Below the pieces are notes generated by a model. That model worked only from the letters and a program-made list of their open reading frames with translations, did not search any database and was not told the origin of the DNA. Source: the human T2T-CHM13v2.0 reference genome, Homo sapiens. From it: a stretch of 64,000 nt of DNA. The position numbers and the translations under genes are program-made. Positions 25,404-40,546 of this stretch are shown piece after piece (the stretch's first letter is position 1; each line of letters opens with the position of its first letter). The stretch is taken from the NCBI GenBank assembly GCA_009914755.4, contig CP068257.2, positions 13,856,001-13,920,000 on the forward strand. The letters are read 5' to 3'.

Positions 25404-28400
25404 ATAAAGTTTAAATGCAACAAAAAAGAATGAAATTAATTTTGTTATAGTAGAGAGGTAGGTAAGAATTTTTTAAAAAAAGAAATAAACATATGTACAT
25501 TATATACATATATGTACACACACATAGTTTTCTTGGCTTCTGAACTTTCACTGAGTAATATCAACTGCCTTTTTTAAGGTAACATCATAATCCAAATATC
25601 TCTTTCTGCAAATTCAAGGCAAAGCAATATGATACCCATCTTCATTATCTTTCCTTTCTCCTTTCTCATCACCAAGGCTACAGTGTGTTATCCAGATTTG
25701 TCCTTTCTTGGCTCATTTCAAGCTTCATCAAACGTTACCTATTTTGTGTATCATGTCCTCAAGTCACCAGTCAATATAATATCTACCTCCTACTTTAATA
25801 TGTATGTGGATACATATATTACTCCATGTAACATCTGGGGAAAAGAGGTTTAAAACCACAACTCTTACCATGACAATTCACTGTCATGGTAAGAATGCCA
25901 GGCAGGCTAGTGTATAAGGTACTAATAACTAGTACCTTTCTGAGCCCTTGTCTTACTTCTCAAATTAACCAACGTAATGAGCTTTCTACTCTTCCAAAAA
26001 GTAAGATCTACTTTGAAGTGTGGATATTCAAGAACCATGTTCCCAACCAACATCCAAAGCCAAAGCAATAAGCATGTTGTCAATTTCGACTCTTTCTGTG
26101 AAGACTCTATCAAACATAGATTCTTGGATCTACCAAAATATATCTCCTTTTCCGTGATCTTGTTTTCACTTTAACTGCTCGCTGCAAAAAAAAGAAAAAA
26201 AAAATCTTAGCTACATTACTTTTAACCATAATAGTTGCTTTCTGATCCTTACAAATAATATTTGGGTATAAACACCATCAACAAACTTCTCTTTTCCAGT
26301 TTCTGGCCCAGGATACAGAAAGCCTTTATCATTTCAGGCTCTTGCAAGCATTTTGCAATCACTTTATGTCCCAGGCAATAAATATTAATTCCAGTAAGTG
26401 TTTACTTAAATAAGTTTGTGGCCACTTGCAGAACCCATTATGTAACACTCCCTACAACTCTCTGCCTGCCAAAATATCACACTTTGAACAAGGCTTTTGG
26501 TTCAATCAGTGTATCAGCCCAATACATCGCTGCTTCTAGCCTCAACATCCTTCCCTTCTTTCCAGAGGAAGAAGGTGGTAAAGTCGTTTCCTTCCATTGC
26601 TGTGAATCAAAAGACATTTGACCATTTGACAAGGGCAACAGAATGCTGCCTGCCTGCTGTCTATCCAAAAACAAGGAGGAATTTTGCAGGAGTGTTGCAA
26701 AATAAAATTCTTCATTCAGAAAGATTTTTATTCAGATAAAAAAATTGGTTAACGAATGCAGCTTTAATTGCTTCTAGAGTTTGAAAGGGATTGTTTTTAT
26801 AATATGCTATTACTTTCACCCAATTCATATTATAAACCATTCCAAGGCTTTAAACAAAAACTAAAGGGAACATATCTGTAAAAGTAACAACTAGCCTTGA
26901 ATATAAACTTGGAATTAAATAAAATTATGTTATATGCTACAAATTAATCAAAAATTAAATATTTATATCATCATTATTTAACTTATTCACTTCTTGATTA
27001 ATTCATCAATTCACATGTTTTAGAACCACAATTTATGCTTATGTCACTTCATTATAAAAAGAAGGCTACATAGAACAAATAATTAGAAAAAGTTTCTATT
27101 CTTCATACACATACAAGAGCTTGCATGATACACTGAATACTCTAGATAAAGTTATGCCTTTCCCATTAATAGATGTAAAGATGCAGGGATGAAGAGGAAA
27201 CTGAAAGTTCCTAAAAATTAGTCCTTATATCTCATATGCCTGGAAATGTAACCCAACATTCTATCAAAAGAGATTTGTAGTGGATTCATATTAGAGAGAG
27301 ACACTGAAAGCCAAGCACTTAAAACAAATTTAATTTGCCAAAATTTCAAAGTGGAAAAATTTCAGAAGCCTTCTGACACTTACCAGTGCCATAGGAATTA
27401 TGCATTTACTGGCATCATGCATTTGTAGTCTGAAGAAATACAGTAATACTACATGGATTTCTGATATATTAAAATGTCTTCTTTCCTAGGGTGCTAAGGC
27501 AAGTGCACTCTATGTTGGTTGCCTGAGCTCGTAGCCTTATCACTCTTAAGTTTGTGTTTAGTAAGTATATTATTTTGAACTAGAAGTGAGGTTGGTTTTG
27601 TAGTTGTTAACGATTTGCTTTCTTGTGTACATTTGATCTCTCTAAAAAAGATACAAGTGTACTGAGGACTGGGATGGTATCTTTCATATCTTTTGCACAA
27701 TCCAATTGCATTAGAACCATACAGTGCTCCCGGTGCCAGCATCACAGCTACTCATCAGGACTGAATTAGGAATCCAACCCATTAACTGGCTCCGTGACCC
27801 TGGACAATTCATTTTACCTTTTGAGACTCCTGGTGCTTCCCATATAAAATGAGGTGACTACATTCTTTCTAAGATACTTTCCAGTTATAAAACTCTATGA
27901 TGCTTAATTAAGGAAGCAAGTAAAGGAAGGAAGTTATATGAATGTGTGGGGAACCGTGATACCCAAATTCACAGCATAGACTGCCAAAATCCTTGGCAAA
28001 ACTATTGATGTGCTGGAAAACCAGAGGGGAGCATTATGAAAAAGCAGGCAGAGACCAGAGAGAAATCTGCTCCTTAGAGCTAGAGCAACGTGGATCCAAA
28101 TTTGTGAGCTACATGCTTTTCTTTTTTTCTTTAACTGAATTTTCCAATTATGTGCAACCTGGGTGGTAAAAAGCCTGAAGTGTCCAAGTTTAAAGACAAA
28201 CCTGACAGAACAGCTGAAAATTAGGAAAATTCATAGAAACATGAAAACAACAGAGAGAATGATCCTAATCATTGCCTAGTTCCTCATCTCTGCCCAAATT
28301 TAACAAGCATGGAGGAAATCAACAGGGGGAGAAGCTTTAAAAGCAACAGTAGGAAGACATTAGAATGGGCTGGAATGATAAACAGCTGTCTACCATGGGA

Positions 28401-28716
28401 AATGAGTAGCGGGCAAAGTTTCTAGATTGATTCTAGGCAACGTAACGCAATCATAGAACTAAAATCCAATCTTCTGAACAATATGATGACTCTAGAGTTG
28501 CTACAGTGTGTTACCTATAATATCCAGATTTTAATCCAAAATTAGACTATGTACAAAAGAAAGAAAAAAATCAGGAAAGTATGAATCTATCCTCAGGGTA
28601 ATAAAAACTATTCTGTTGTGAGTTTTCTAAGATTTACCTGAAATAATTCATCTTCAACTCTAAGTAATTGGGATACATGTCAGATACATATTATAATGTC
28701 TAGAACAACTTCCTTA

Positions 28717-29085
<369 letters not shown>

Positions 29086-29369
29086 TTAAAATTGCTTAAT
29101 TAACATAAAAACAGAAAAAGAAGAAAACAAAAGTAAACTAATAAAAAAGTGAATAAGACAAATAAACGAACCAAAATAAAACAAATGTTGAATAGCAGAC
29201 CTGAATAGAATGCTATCTTTAATTATATTAAATATAAATGTACTAAACATGCCAATCAGAAGACAGAAATCATTAGTCTGGGTTTTTAAGAAGGCAGGAC
29301 AAACTATATGTTGCATATAAGATACATTTTAAGTAAAAAATACAAAAGTATGTGCTCAAATCTTTGACC

Positions 29370-29760
29370 CCGACATGGTTTGGCTCTGTGTCCCACCCAA
29401 ATCTCATCTTGAATTGTAATCCCCATGTGTCAAAGGTGAGATGTGTAATCTCCACGTGTGGAGGGAGGGAGGTGACTGGATAATGGGGGAAGTTTCCCCC
29501 ATGCTGTTCTTGTGATAGTGAGTGAGTTATCCTGAGATCTGATGGTTTTATAAGTGTTTGACAGTTCCTCCTTCACACACTCTTCTCCCTCCTGCCAACT
29601 TGTGAGGAAGGTGTCTGTTTCTCCTTCCACCATGATTGTAAGTTTCCTGAGGCCTCACCAGTCATGTAGAACTGTGAGTCAATTAAAATTCTTTCATTTG
29701 TTTATAAATTAGCCAGTCTCGTGTACTATCTTTATAGCAGTATGAGAATGAACTAATACA
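29370..29760 (+). mobile_element. ERVL-MaLR solo LTR (THE1/MST-like), copy A
   Basis: cgacatggtttggctctgtgtcccacccaaatctcatcttgaattgtaatccc...ggaggtgactggataatgggggaagtttcccccatgctgttcttgtgatagtgagtgagttatcctgagatctgatggttttataag...ccatgattgtaagtttcctgaggcctcaccagtcatgtagaactgtgagtcaattaaa...tttatagcagtatgagaatgaactaataca. Confidence 0.8.
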
Positions 29761-29794
29761 ACCTCCTATTTTATAATACAACCTCCTATTTTAT

Positions 29795-29975
29795 AATGTT
29801 ATTTGTCTTCTTATTGAGTTGTACGAAGTCTTTACGTATTCTAGATATAAATACTTTATCAGATATATATTTTCCAATTGCTTTTTATATCTCTATTTTT
29901 CCTCATAGTATCTTTTGAAAAGCAAAAGGTTTAATTTTGTTAGAATCCATTTTATCAATTTTTGCTTTTATAGTT
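29795..29975 (-). mobile_element. Inverted L1M 3' UTR-like segment lying between the two LTRs
   Basis: attgagttgtacgaagtctttacgtattctagatataaatactttatcagatatatattttccaattgctttttatatctctatttttcctcatagtatcttttgaaaagcaaaaggtttaattttgttagaatccattttatc resembles the reverse complement of the L1M 3' UTR (...gagttgtaagagttctttatatattctggatactagtcccttatcagatatatgatttgcaaatat...gtttttaattttgatgaagtccaatttatc). Confidence 0.5.
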
Positions 29976-30230
29976 TGAGCACATACCTCAGTAAAGATAC
30001 ACTAGTGCCAGTAAACAAAGCATCAGGGAAATACAAATTAAAACTACTGTTAGTTACTAGTATATATCTACTTGAATGACTAAAATTAACAAGTCTGACA
30101 ATACTAAGTGTTGGAGAGGATTTGAAGCAACTCTAGCACTCATATATTGCTGGTGAAAATGTAAAATTTCATAGTCACTTTGGAAAGCAGTTTAATTCTT
30201 TATAATAAAGCTAGTTGAAAACCTACTGTA

Positions 30231-30596
30231 TGATATGGTCTGGCTCTGTGTCCCCACCAAATCTCATCTCTAATTGTAATCCCTACATGTTGAGAGAGGA
30301 ACCTAGTGGGAGGAGACTGGATTATGGGGGCAGTGTCCCCATGCTGTCCTCATGATAGTGGGGGTGTTCTCACGAGATCTTGTTGTTTGACAAGTGTCTG
30401 GCAGTTTCCCCTGGATGCTCTCTGTCTTTTGCTGCCATATAAAATGTGTCTTGCGTCCCCCTTTGCCTTTCACCTGATTCTAGATTTCCTGAGGCTTCCC
30501 CAGTCATGCAGAACTGATAGTCAATTAAACCTTTTTTCTTCATAAATTACAGTCCCATATAGTATCTTTATAGCAGTGTGAAAACAGACTAATACA
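30231..30596 (+). mobile_element. ERVL-MaLR solo LTR (THE1/MST-like), copy B
   Basis: tgatatggtctggctctgtgtccccaccaaatctcatctctaattgtaatccctacatgttgagagaggaacctagtgggaggagactggattatgggggcagtgtccccatgctgtcctcatgatagtg...cagtcatgcagaactgatagtcaattaaaccttttttcttcataaattacagtcccatatagtatctttatagcagtgtgaaaacagactaataca. Confidence 0.8.
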
Positions 30597-33552
30597 CCAT
30601 ATAATAGCATTTCTACTACTAGAAATTGAGCCTCTCTAAAAAACCCACTGATTTCCACACAAACACTAGCAAACAAATATTTGCAGCAAACTGTATTCAT
30701 AATAGCCTAATGTACAAATAATCCAAATATCCATTAACTGGTGAATAAGTTTTAAAATTGTGGTATGTAGAAAGAAATAATATTTAGCAATTTAACAGAT
30801 GAATCTCAAAAATACTGTGCTAAGTGAAAAAAGTCAGCCCTTAAAGGCTATATACTCTATAGTTCCATTTATGTGGAATTATGGAGAGGACAAAGTATAA
30901 TAACATAAAGCATCTCAGTGATTATGAGGGGTAGGGTGGGTTAGGGAATTGACTTCAATGGGGCATTAAGAGAATTTTGTCGGGAAGATTGAAATGTTCT
31001 ATATCATAATTGTTGCAGTAATTGCACTACTCTATATATTTTTCAAAACTCAAAGTGCATACTTCAAACTTATGAATTTTGTTGTAGGTAAACAACACCT
31101 CAATGTAAAAAAAATGTTAATGTTTAAATAGATGAGCTTGATGAGTGAAGAAGAAATAGAAAATCTGAATAGAGCTTCAATCATGCAGTTTGATTTCATA
31201 GTTAAAGTTGCATTCCTTCAACAACACTGAGAAAGAAATTCTAAAACTTACAAATGGAAACAGAATCCAGACAGCTTTACAAGGGAGTTCATATGATTTT
31301 ACAGTGAGGTTAGCAAAGGAAAAAGATGCATCAAAGTCTAGAAAGTCGAGGCAAAATCTCTCTTCCAGGTAGGTCTTAGAATAGATTGCATAGAACACAT
31401 TCCTTGTTCTAGCAACAAAATGCTGCAATATATGTGCTGGGATTTTGCCCAGGATAGCCCACTTGAGATTTAGAGTTCAAGGTTTTTACTGGGGGACAGG
31501 TCACATCAGAACTTTCTCCCGGTGTAGCCAGGAATGATTATCAAAGTTCTAGACTCCTAGGAGGAAAGCAGGTATTTACCATCAATCACACTGTTTGCAC
31601 AGTATAGGCAAGGAGGACTCAGTGCCTGAGGCATACAAGACAGCCGGATTCTTTAGTAACAAAAGGAAAATTCCAAAGTCAAGTTTTCAGACACCAGCCA
31701 AGGATTAGCAAGCCCTTCGAAGAGGAACATCAGACCTGCTACAAGACTCTTTCCTATACCATAGGGGAGGCACTTCCTTTCCTTAGCTGCAGTTCAATCT
31801 AGCTGGATTTTTTTCCCCCAAAATGTGTAGAAATGGCCTAACTAAATCCTCCTCAAAGAAACTGATCACCAGCCAACCAGCTTCATCTACTGAAATGTCA
31901 GTTTCACCTCCACAAGTTTCTTCAACAAAGCTTTTGAATTTTAGTGATTCTAACTTCTTCTCTTTGTTCACTAAGGCTAGGAGTGGTCACTGCTGCCTGC
32001 GATTGCTATTTCCACAACTTAATGGTTTTTTATATTTTTTTCCTCTTCTGAGTTACATTAACAACCACTTACTTTTAAAATATTTGTATGGAATCACGTG
32101 TGTTAAAGTAATTTCTGTGGTTGTTCTGGATGCTGACTAATAAAAGAGCAGAGGCATCTTCCTTTGGCAAAAGTTACTAACAAATAAGAACTAGTAACAT
32201 ATGTTCATTCATTATTCTCTGTTTTGGGTACTATATTTGTGGTATGAGGCAACTGTGACAGTGGCAGCAAATTTGCTTATATGACCTATGATGACACCTG
32301 AGGTAGGTGACTGTGAAATGAAATTTCAGCATCACCCCTTATCCCCAAAATGCTCTCCTCCAGCTCTTCCAATGACCTTTCAAGTGCCTGTTATATTCTT
32401 CCCTCCTTGTAACATCTAGAGTGATTTTTGTTTCCTGAACTGAATTCTAATAGATATATAGGCGATTTATCAAAAGAGTGCAGTAAACAACATACTCAGT
32501 AGTGAAATTTTAAAATTATTCCCCATAAAATCAGGTGTGAGATAAGTATGCTCCTTCTCACCATTTCTATACAACATTGCATTGGAAGCAATAGAGCTGA
32601 AGAAGTAAGTGGAAAATGGTAGGGAAGAAAACAAAATTGTCATTATTTGCAATTGATAAGATAATCTACATAAAACCCCCAAACATAGCTTTATGGAAAA
32701 TTAGTATGTATCACAGACATAAATACATTCGATGCTGCACTGTGTCTACTTTTGTAAGACAGGAAGAATATATCTGAAATGTTTAGTAACCTTTTTTCAA
32801 AAGCAGATGAAATTACATCCAAAATCATCAATAACTGAAGAAGTCTAATAGGGCTTACTTCTAGAGGATTCCAGGTGAATGGATACAACCTTGAGCTAAT
32901 TGCACAAAAGAAATTGTGTCTATAAGCAGGTCAATTAGCTTGTTTCACTAGAACACAGTTAAAAAGGTAGTTCTCCAATCACTTTGATTTTCAGAAGAGC
33001 TATGAGCTTGATTCTTAATGATTATTTAACATAGTTGAGCTTTAATGGTTAACTTGAAATTTTAAAACCATAAAACTTTATAGAAAATGAATATCAAAAG
33101 TAAAGAAGCTGTTAAGACCACAGTCACTGTACATAGGAATTTTATCTCACTGCTGTAAATCGTGAAATCCTGCCCTCAACCATAGTGTACGAACATGGCC
33201 ATTTCAAAGATGCACCTCTGTGACATTTCCCTGGATTTCTCCACGTAGGAATTTCAGCGGTTATTCTCTGCAGGTAATTGCAGCTTCCAGAATAACCCCA
33301 GGTCACTGAAACACCTTGGCTCTACAAACAACCCATTATTAGGCAGATTACATCAAGAAAATCCATCCTGCTACTGCTGTGGAGATGTGAATTTATGACA
33401 TTGAAGAAAAAAAACATGCAAAGAGGTTTCTGGAGTCTCTCTGTGGTGAAGGCAATGCTCTATGGACACATTTTATTCAATCACACTTAATGAATGAGCC
33501 TCACTCCTTGGTTTTCTTCATCCTCTCTGTCTCGTAGAATCCTTCTAGGGAG

Positions 33553-33573
33553 ATATATATATATATATATATA
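33553..33573. repeat. (AT)n microsatellite, about 10 units
   Basis: gagatatatatatatatatatatatagtagc. Confidence 0.95.
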
Positions 33574-35012
33574 GTAGCTGTGAATTAACATTTGTTCTCT
33601 AAAAACACAAAACTTGGTTTCTACTATCATACACTTAATACAAAACTCCCACAGTTCGTCTACGACCATTGTCTCCATCAGGGTCAGGTGAGAGGATGGA
33701 AAACATACGAGATTTTGAACAGGGAGAATGTAATGTAAATAATTGTCAACCAGGTATGAAGTTGTGAACTAGGAACTGAAAAGATAAAAAGAGGACGCTA
33801 ATGTATCATGGAGGCAGCAAATGTAGGAAGCAGATACCATCCTTATGGTTAAAAAAACTAAGGGACATGATTGGATTTATTAAAATTTAGAAACTTAGAG
33901 GAGGGGTCTTGCATAACTGAAACTCAGGGCTTTGAGGAGGGCTACTGGTTCAGTTGCTCAACAGATTCTGGTGTCTTTGAGCTTGGAAGAGCGGTCCCAA
34001 GGGGCTGAGACCCAGACTGTAGAAAACAGGATACTGTTAGCAGATGCTGGTGATTGTTAACTGTGACACAGTGAAGCTTGTTTCACAAGTGTTTAAAAAA
34101 CTGTTAACTGAATTCAGCTACTGCATACAGAATTACTACTCCTGCCTGGGTGAAGAAGCGCTGCCAAAATGATGCTTACAGGAACTGCAAACGGACAGGA
34201 AGTCAACAAGGAGTAAATAAGAAAGACCAGGTTCCTTCTTTCTCCTCCAGTCCTAGTCTCCGTCTTGTGCCCCCTTTTGGCAGAGCATAACAGGAAATCA
34301 GGGGGCAAAGCAGAAATAAGGTTTGCAGAGTTCCAGCTTCAGGATCATGAAGCAATTATAGAAATGTGGTTTGAGCTGAGAGACAATAGCTGAGTAAGTG
34401 GCACAACCATACACCGAAAAGTCTTCTGAAATAACTGAAAATTGATTCATGATTAATTACACTACGGTATAGCTAAACTGCTTATGTAGTTTTGTAACTT
34501 ACTAAGAAGTTGTATAATTCAGCATAGTCTCATAGTTTTAACAAAGAGAAAGAGATAAGCATTCAGTTTCCACTCCCTGTTCATTATGGAATACAAGGAG
34601 ATACACTGTGCATCTGAATGTCCACTTTGATTCCTGTGTGAGAAATATCGAACCAGCTTGTGGCTTCCAAGAATAAAATTAGTAAAATAAATGGACAAAC
34701 ATGTAAAAGACACAAAATTAAAGCATTCTTATCCTCCAAATCAGACCAAATAAACCTTATCTCAAATGATATTTCTAAACAGTATACCCACTTCTAATCC
34801 CCCTCTACCTCCTGACACATACTTAATAACAACTAGAATTTCTAACTTCCACATACACCAAAAAAAATTTATTACCATAATTTATAATAATAAATAATTA
34901 AGAACATCTACCTATTGACTTTCTTATCGTGTGTTCACCACTTTAAAAAATGAATCAACTTTCAATTATCTATTTCTTTTTGCTACATGATAAGTGACTA
35001 GAATGTAATCAG

Positions 35013-35215
35013 TTTTTTAATTTTTATTTTAGGCTCAGGGGTACATGTGTGCAGGTTTGTTATATAGTTAAACGCATGTCACAGAGATTTGTTGTACAGA
35101 TTATTTCATCACCCAGGTACTATGCCTAGTATCCAATAGTTATTTTTTCTGATCTTGTCCCTCCTTTCACCCTCCCTGCTCAGTTAAGCCCCAGTATCTG
35201 TTGTTTTTCTCTTCA
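35013..35215 (-). mobile_element. 5'-truncated L1 (L1PA/L1PB-type) 3' UTR fragment, about 200 bp
   Basis: ttttttaatttttattttaggctcaggggtacatgtgtgcaggtttgttatatagttaaacgcatgtcacagagatttgttgtacagattatttcatcacccaggtactatgcctagtatccaatagttattttttctgatcttgtccctcctttcaccctccc is the reverse complement of the L1 3' UTR end (...gggtacatgtgcacaacgtgcaggtttgttacatatgtatac...). Confidence 0.7.
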
Positions 35216-38200
35216 CCAAAAGGTTTTTAAAACCTGGTTTTGGCCAGCGTGTAAAATCATGTGCTACCACATCTTGTTGAAAATTTAATTCACATTTCCA
35301 TGCAGGACAGAAGTTTGGTTTTATGCACCATTTATGCTCTAAAATATGCTCTATCCTTCCTATAGAAAATGCATTCCTAGAAATTATCTCTAGGGAGATA
35401 GTTACATCCATATAAAATAGATTTAGCTGGAGATTATTTTATCAGGTTTTTTAAAATAAAGCAGATGAACATAAACCTAAAAGTTTTGCATAGAATCCTG
35501 GTTAAATAAATTACACAAGTAATGAAACACTATGCAGTCAGTAAACATGACTGGTTAGACATACCTTTTATTAACATAGAGCAAGCTATAAAACATTCAT
35601 TCATTCAAAAAATATATACTGAGTATCTGCATTGGCCAATGTACCAAAGAGTGACAGAAGAAAAAAAAGTCCCTATTGATGTAAAACTTCACATATGTTC
35701 ATATGAACACACACACATACACACACACACAGATGTCTGGTGGGACCTTCTCAAAAATATTGAGTCATTCGCTAAAAAATAAAGTGGTTTTCTCCCAGTG
35801 GGGGACTATAGCTGATTTTTACTTCAGTCTTTTATGTCATGTATTCGCATGAATTTATTTTACAAAAATAATATAGCCACTTAAAAAAATCCTATACCTA
35901 TTCAAAATCGAAGGCAAAGACTATTACTACCACTAAACCTTACCAGGGTTACTGGCTGAATGTGATTTCCTTTCTCTCAGAATTGCTTTATCATTTGGTG
36001 AGTATCATTTTGGGGAATTCAGAATACATTGGATTCTGAATTATAATTAGTTTTGAATTTGTCTTTCCTTGAGGATAGTGACACTGTCTTGTGTAACTTT
36101 TTGTCACCTATAACATGTAAAGTAGAGCTTAGATGCTTTCGGTGTGTGCTCAATAAATAATGTGTTATATTTCTAATTTCACTCACCATCAAATTGTACT
36201 GGGCATTAGTCAGGGTAACTGCTTTGCCCATAGAGTTTATAGGTTATCATGTGCTACTTATAGCCCATGTTGAAGAGCAGCCTTAAAGAGCTATGTTTTG
36301 TAATATGTAACCCCAATCTCCAGACACAGCTGATTGTATTGAGGGTGAATACTTGACTCAAAGGCAGCCAATCCAAAACCTGGCCAGAGCATGACCTGGA
36401 ATGCAAATGTGATCATAGGCTACTCATAAGAGAAAAAAAATCAAACTGGCTAATAAACCTGTAAAGCCTTTTCTGCTTTATTAACAGTGAAAATGCAAGC
36501 TAAAAAAGAGACAGACATGATTTTATTCCCATTGGATTGTTGAAAATTAGGAGTGACAAGTCTCATATTATTGAAAATAAGAAGGGTGATAATATCTCAT
36601 ATTGAAAAGAATGAAGGGAAATGGTCACCTCCACGCCCCATGGGTGGGAATACAAAAATTATTAAGGCAATTTGACAGCATCTACCAGCATTTACATTAT
36701 GCTCATCACCTTTTAACCCAGTTAGTCTACTCCAGGAAGACAACTTGCAAAAATAGCCACAGGTGCACAAAGATGAGGCAAGGATTTTCATTGTAATATT
36801 CAAAAGAGATACATTTCCATCATTAGGGTGAAGTAGGCTATGTTATTTTCATTCATTAGAAGAAAGGCAGAGATTCAATAGAAATAAAATCAAACCCAAC
36901 ATCCTTACTTTGAACCGCAGTCCTATATAATTTGGTCCCTGCATTTCTGAACTCATCTCTTCTCTCCTTCCCCACCACTCACCTGCTTCAGAACTCACTG
37001 GCATTTGCACTTGCTCATTCCTCTGCTCGTTTCATATCTCCAGCCATTCTCAGGGCTGATTCCTTCTCTCCAGCATCTCTGGTTAAATGTTACCCCCAGG
37101 GAGAAATTTCCTCATCAACCTGGCCTCAAACCTCTCTATATTTTCTCTCTTCTTATTTTCTTTGTCTAATTTACCTTCTCTTGACATTATATTAAATATT
37201 AAGCCACATTTTTTATTGTCCATATCTTTCACTAGAATCAAAACTTTTATGGGCAAGCAATTTATCTATTATTTATCACTAAATCCCCAATGCCTAGAGT
37301 GATGTCTTGTAAAGAATAAATGTATGTTTGATAAATTCATTTATTCTACAAAAGTATATGATAGAACTGTGTATTTTAACATAGAAAAATATCTAAGATC
37401 TATTGGTGTTGCCAAAAAAGACACAAATGATATGTTCACTTTTATGTTAAGAATACGTGAGTATTTATATATAGGGGTGTGTATGTGTTTAACACATACA
37501 TGCATGTAATTATCTAGATAGAGAACTAAAATTATATATATCAAGTTGTAATCTCTGCCAAGGATAGTGTCTATGGGAAGTAAGAAAATGAAACTTTGAC
37601 ATTGTACTCTACATATTTCTGTATCCATTTAATGTTTTTACAAGAATAGATTTATATACTTCTCATGAAAGGAAAACAAAGAAAGAAAAGTAACTACTAA
37701 TAATGACAAATGACATTTAAAGCTCTTGTAATAGGCAATACTTTGAGCATTACAGATGTATTAACTCATTTAATCATCACAACAGCCCTAGAGGATATAT
37801 TATTATTATTAATGTTAATATTACTATTTCAATTAGAGAAGAAGCTAAAGCATAGAAGAGCTAAGTAGCTTACTCAACATTGCACAGTGTCCAGGTAGCA
37901 AAACCAAAGAAGGAAATAAAGGAGGAAAGAATGAAAAGGAGGTAGGAAAGGATGAAGGAAAGAAGAAAGGATTCATTAATCAGTTAATTTATCAGACTGA
38001 ATATGGCAAATGAAAAGTGGTTAAAGTTGTGAATGCCTACTATGCAAAATTGCAGGTTATTTGAAAGAGAATGAAATGTAAGGAAGATTTTCAGCTCCTG
38101 TCCTGGGGTGCACAGCTCTTCCAGAATTCCCAAGATTCCTTGACCAGATGGTTCAGTTTTTCTTGATTCCCACACACGTGTCCTGAGAGAAACCCTGCGG

Positions 38201-40107
38201 CGCACAATGACTTGAGTGAGGCTCTCTTCTTTGCCTCAATACCTTAAAGTAGAATGGATGTTTTTGACCTGCAGAAATAATGCCATGTGTTAGAAAAGGT
38301 TACTTATTTCCCAAGTCTGTTAAAGAGGAGAAATTATCAAAGGAAACTTAATATTGGTCAGCAAAACAGGGACAGTTTCGAAATTTTCAAGAGATCATCA
38401 AAACAATCTGTGTGCGTGTGTGCACATGTGTGTGTTTAACTATGCACTGATGCTTTTTTTGCCTTTCTTTCTTTTGTAAGCTTACCTGATTGGTCATTCG
38501 CTTTTTAAAATCCTGCAGTCAAGTATAACCGAATTGGGTGAATATAAGGGCGCAAAGAAACAAGAACAATGCAGGAGAAGACATGAGAACAGATGTGCCT
38601 CATGTTAAATTAAAACGCTCCTTTCTTCTGAACTTTCTTACTAAAATTCTGCAATTTGTGTAAGACGGATTCCATTTAGCACTGCTTTTCATTTTCCTTA
38701 GAGCTTCTCCATGTGATGAAAGAGAGATTGTGGGTGAACATCTGAGATAAGCATGGCATTAGGTCTCCTTCTATCTCTTTATTTATTAAAAGAATGGATC
38801 ATTTATTTCTTTAAGACTAATATAGGTTTGTATCTGTAATTCATTTATCAACTTTAACATTTCATTTGAGATCTAACAGAGATGGATCATTGTGTCATCA
38901 TAATCTTTTAATTAGAAATACTATGTTAAGTGTGCCCTTAAATGAACCCTAAAAATCTTCCTGCACTCCAACCACGGGTGTTACATTACAAAGCACGCTA
39001 GTTTACTGACCATTTCAAGATTGCCTTGTGGTTTTTATGCTTCAGAACATGAGGTTTATTGGTAGTGACACAGGATGAAATCCAAGCATATATGATTACA
39101 AATGTCCACATGGCAAAGCTTGGCTTTCAAAATTCAAATTGTCTACAAAGTAGAAACTGCTATTTTTAAAAAGCCAAAGAAAAAGTAAAAAAATAAAGTA
39201 TCATATCTCATTTATAGATCTTGTTCCTTCCTCTGAAAGATACTGAAAGCTTAGGTAGCAGAGTTGTTTTAAAGTATATTCTCTTTTACAGTTAGGCAAA
39301 GATATGATTTAAGAGAATGCTCATCACTATAGCCATGCCTTTTATGCTGTGAGCTATTGAAATGTGAATACACCACTAATTCTTTGCAACTACCAGACTG
39401 TAAACCAAACATGCCACTTTAGTAAATGACCCTTATTCTTCATTTCTGTTCCTTACTAAAGAGTACTAGCTATTTGTGGAAACCGCAAGAAAACACAGAA
39501 AGTTTGGAGAAAAATGTTTAATCTGTCGTTCCCCTAAGGCAATTTGCATCCTTTGAAGCTCTCTCTGTGTAATGAAACAAACAACTAGTAGGAAGGTGAA
39601 AATTTTACTCAAACAGTTTTTGAGAGTTTACATTTTTGTTTTTTTTCATGGAATGCTAAGTAATTGATGTTATTTTTCCTCACTGAATTCTCCAGTTGTT
39701 TTAATGATAGGTAATTAGAAAGAAGAATTCACTAAGAAATAAAATGGTTTCATGAAGTGATGAATTGTAAAGATAATTTCTCTTGAGATAAATTTAGCAG
39801 TGACACTAAGAAATTAATTCAGCCCAATCATAATAATAACAACTCCCATTTACTGAATATTTACTATGTACTGGCCACTCATCTGGCCCACTCAGAGCTG
39901 AGTGGCTTCAGCAATAAGCAAGTCATTGCTGTTTGCCAAGATCACTTTCAGGAGAGTGGGGATAGAAGCCAGGTTTCAATGGATTAAGAAGGAATGGGAA
40001 AGGAGAAAGTAGAAATAGCTATCATGGACACAAAATTACCCATGAAGGGAAAAAAAAGAAATTCAGCAGAAGCTGGTGGGAAATATGGAATTTAATAAGA
40101 AAGGGTT

Positions 40108-40148
40108 TATTTATTTATTTTTTTTTTTTTTTTTTTTTTATTTTTTTT
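40108..40148. repeat. T-rich homopolymer / (TTTA)n tract
   Basis: gtttatttatttatttttttttttttttttttttatttttttt. Confidence 0.9.
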
Positions 40149-40546
40149 AAAGATAGGAGAGAACTGAGCACATACAAATGAAAGCTGGGATAGCACTTTG
40201 AAGGTACAGAAAGGAAATAAGATAATCTACTGAGCAAGGCAACTAAGGGATTAGGAAGAGTAGGAGGGTTTCAGGAAATGACATCCCCTCTGTGCTGTAG
40301 ATTTCACTGAACCCTACTGGACATATTTATCCTTGGGGATCTTATAAGCACCTCAACTCATCAGTTCCATCTCCATGCCCAAACCCTCTGCCTTTGCTTT
40401 CTTTCTTGAAAAATTGCACCATTATCCACCTACATTCCTAAACCAAAAATCTAGGCCTGATGCTGGATCATCCCTTCTCTTTATCCTTGCATCTTATTAC
40501 CAACTTATGTTCATTTTATCTTTTAAAAATAAGTATTTTAATAACA

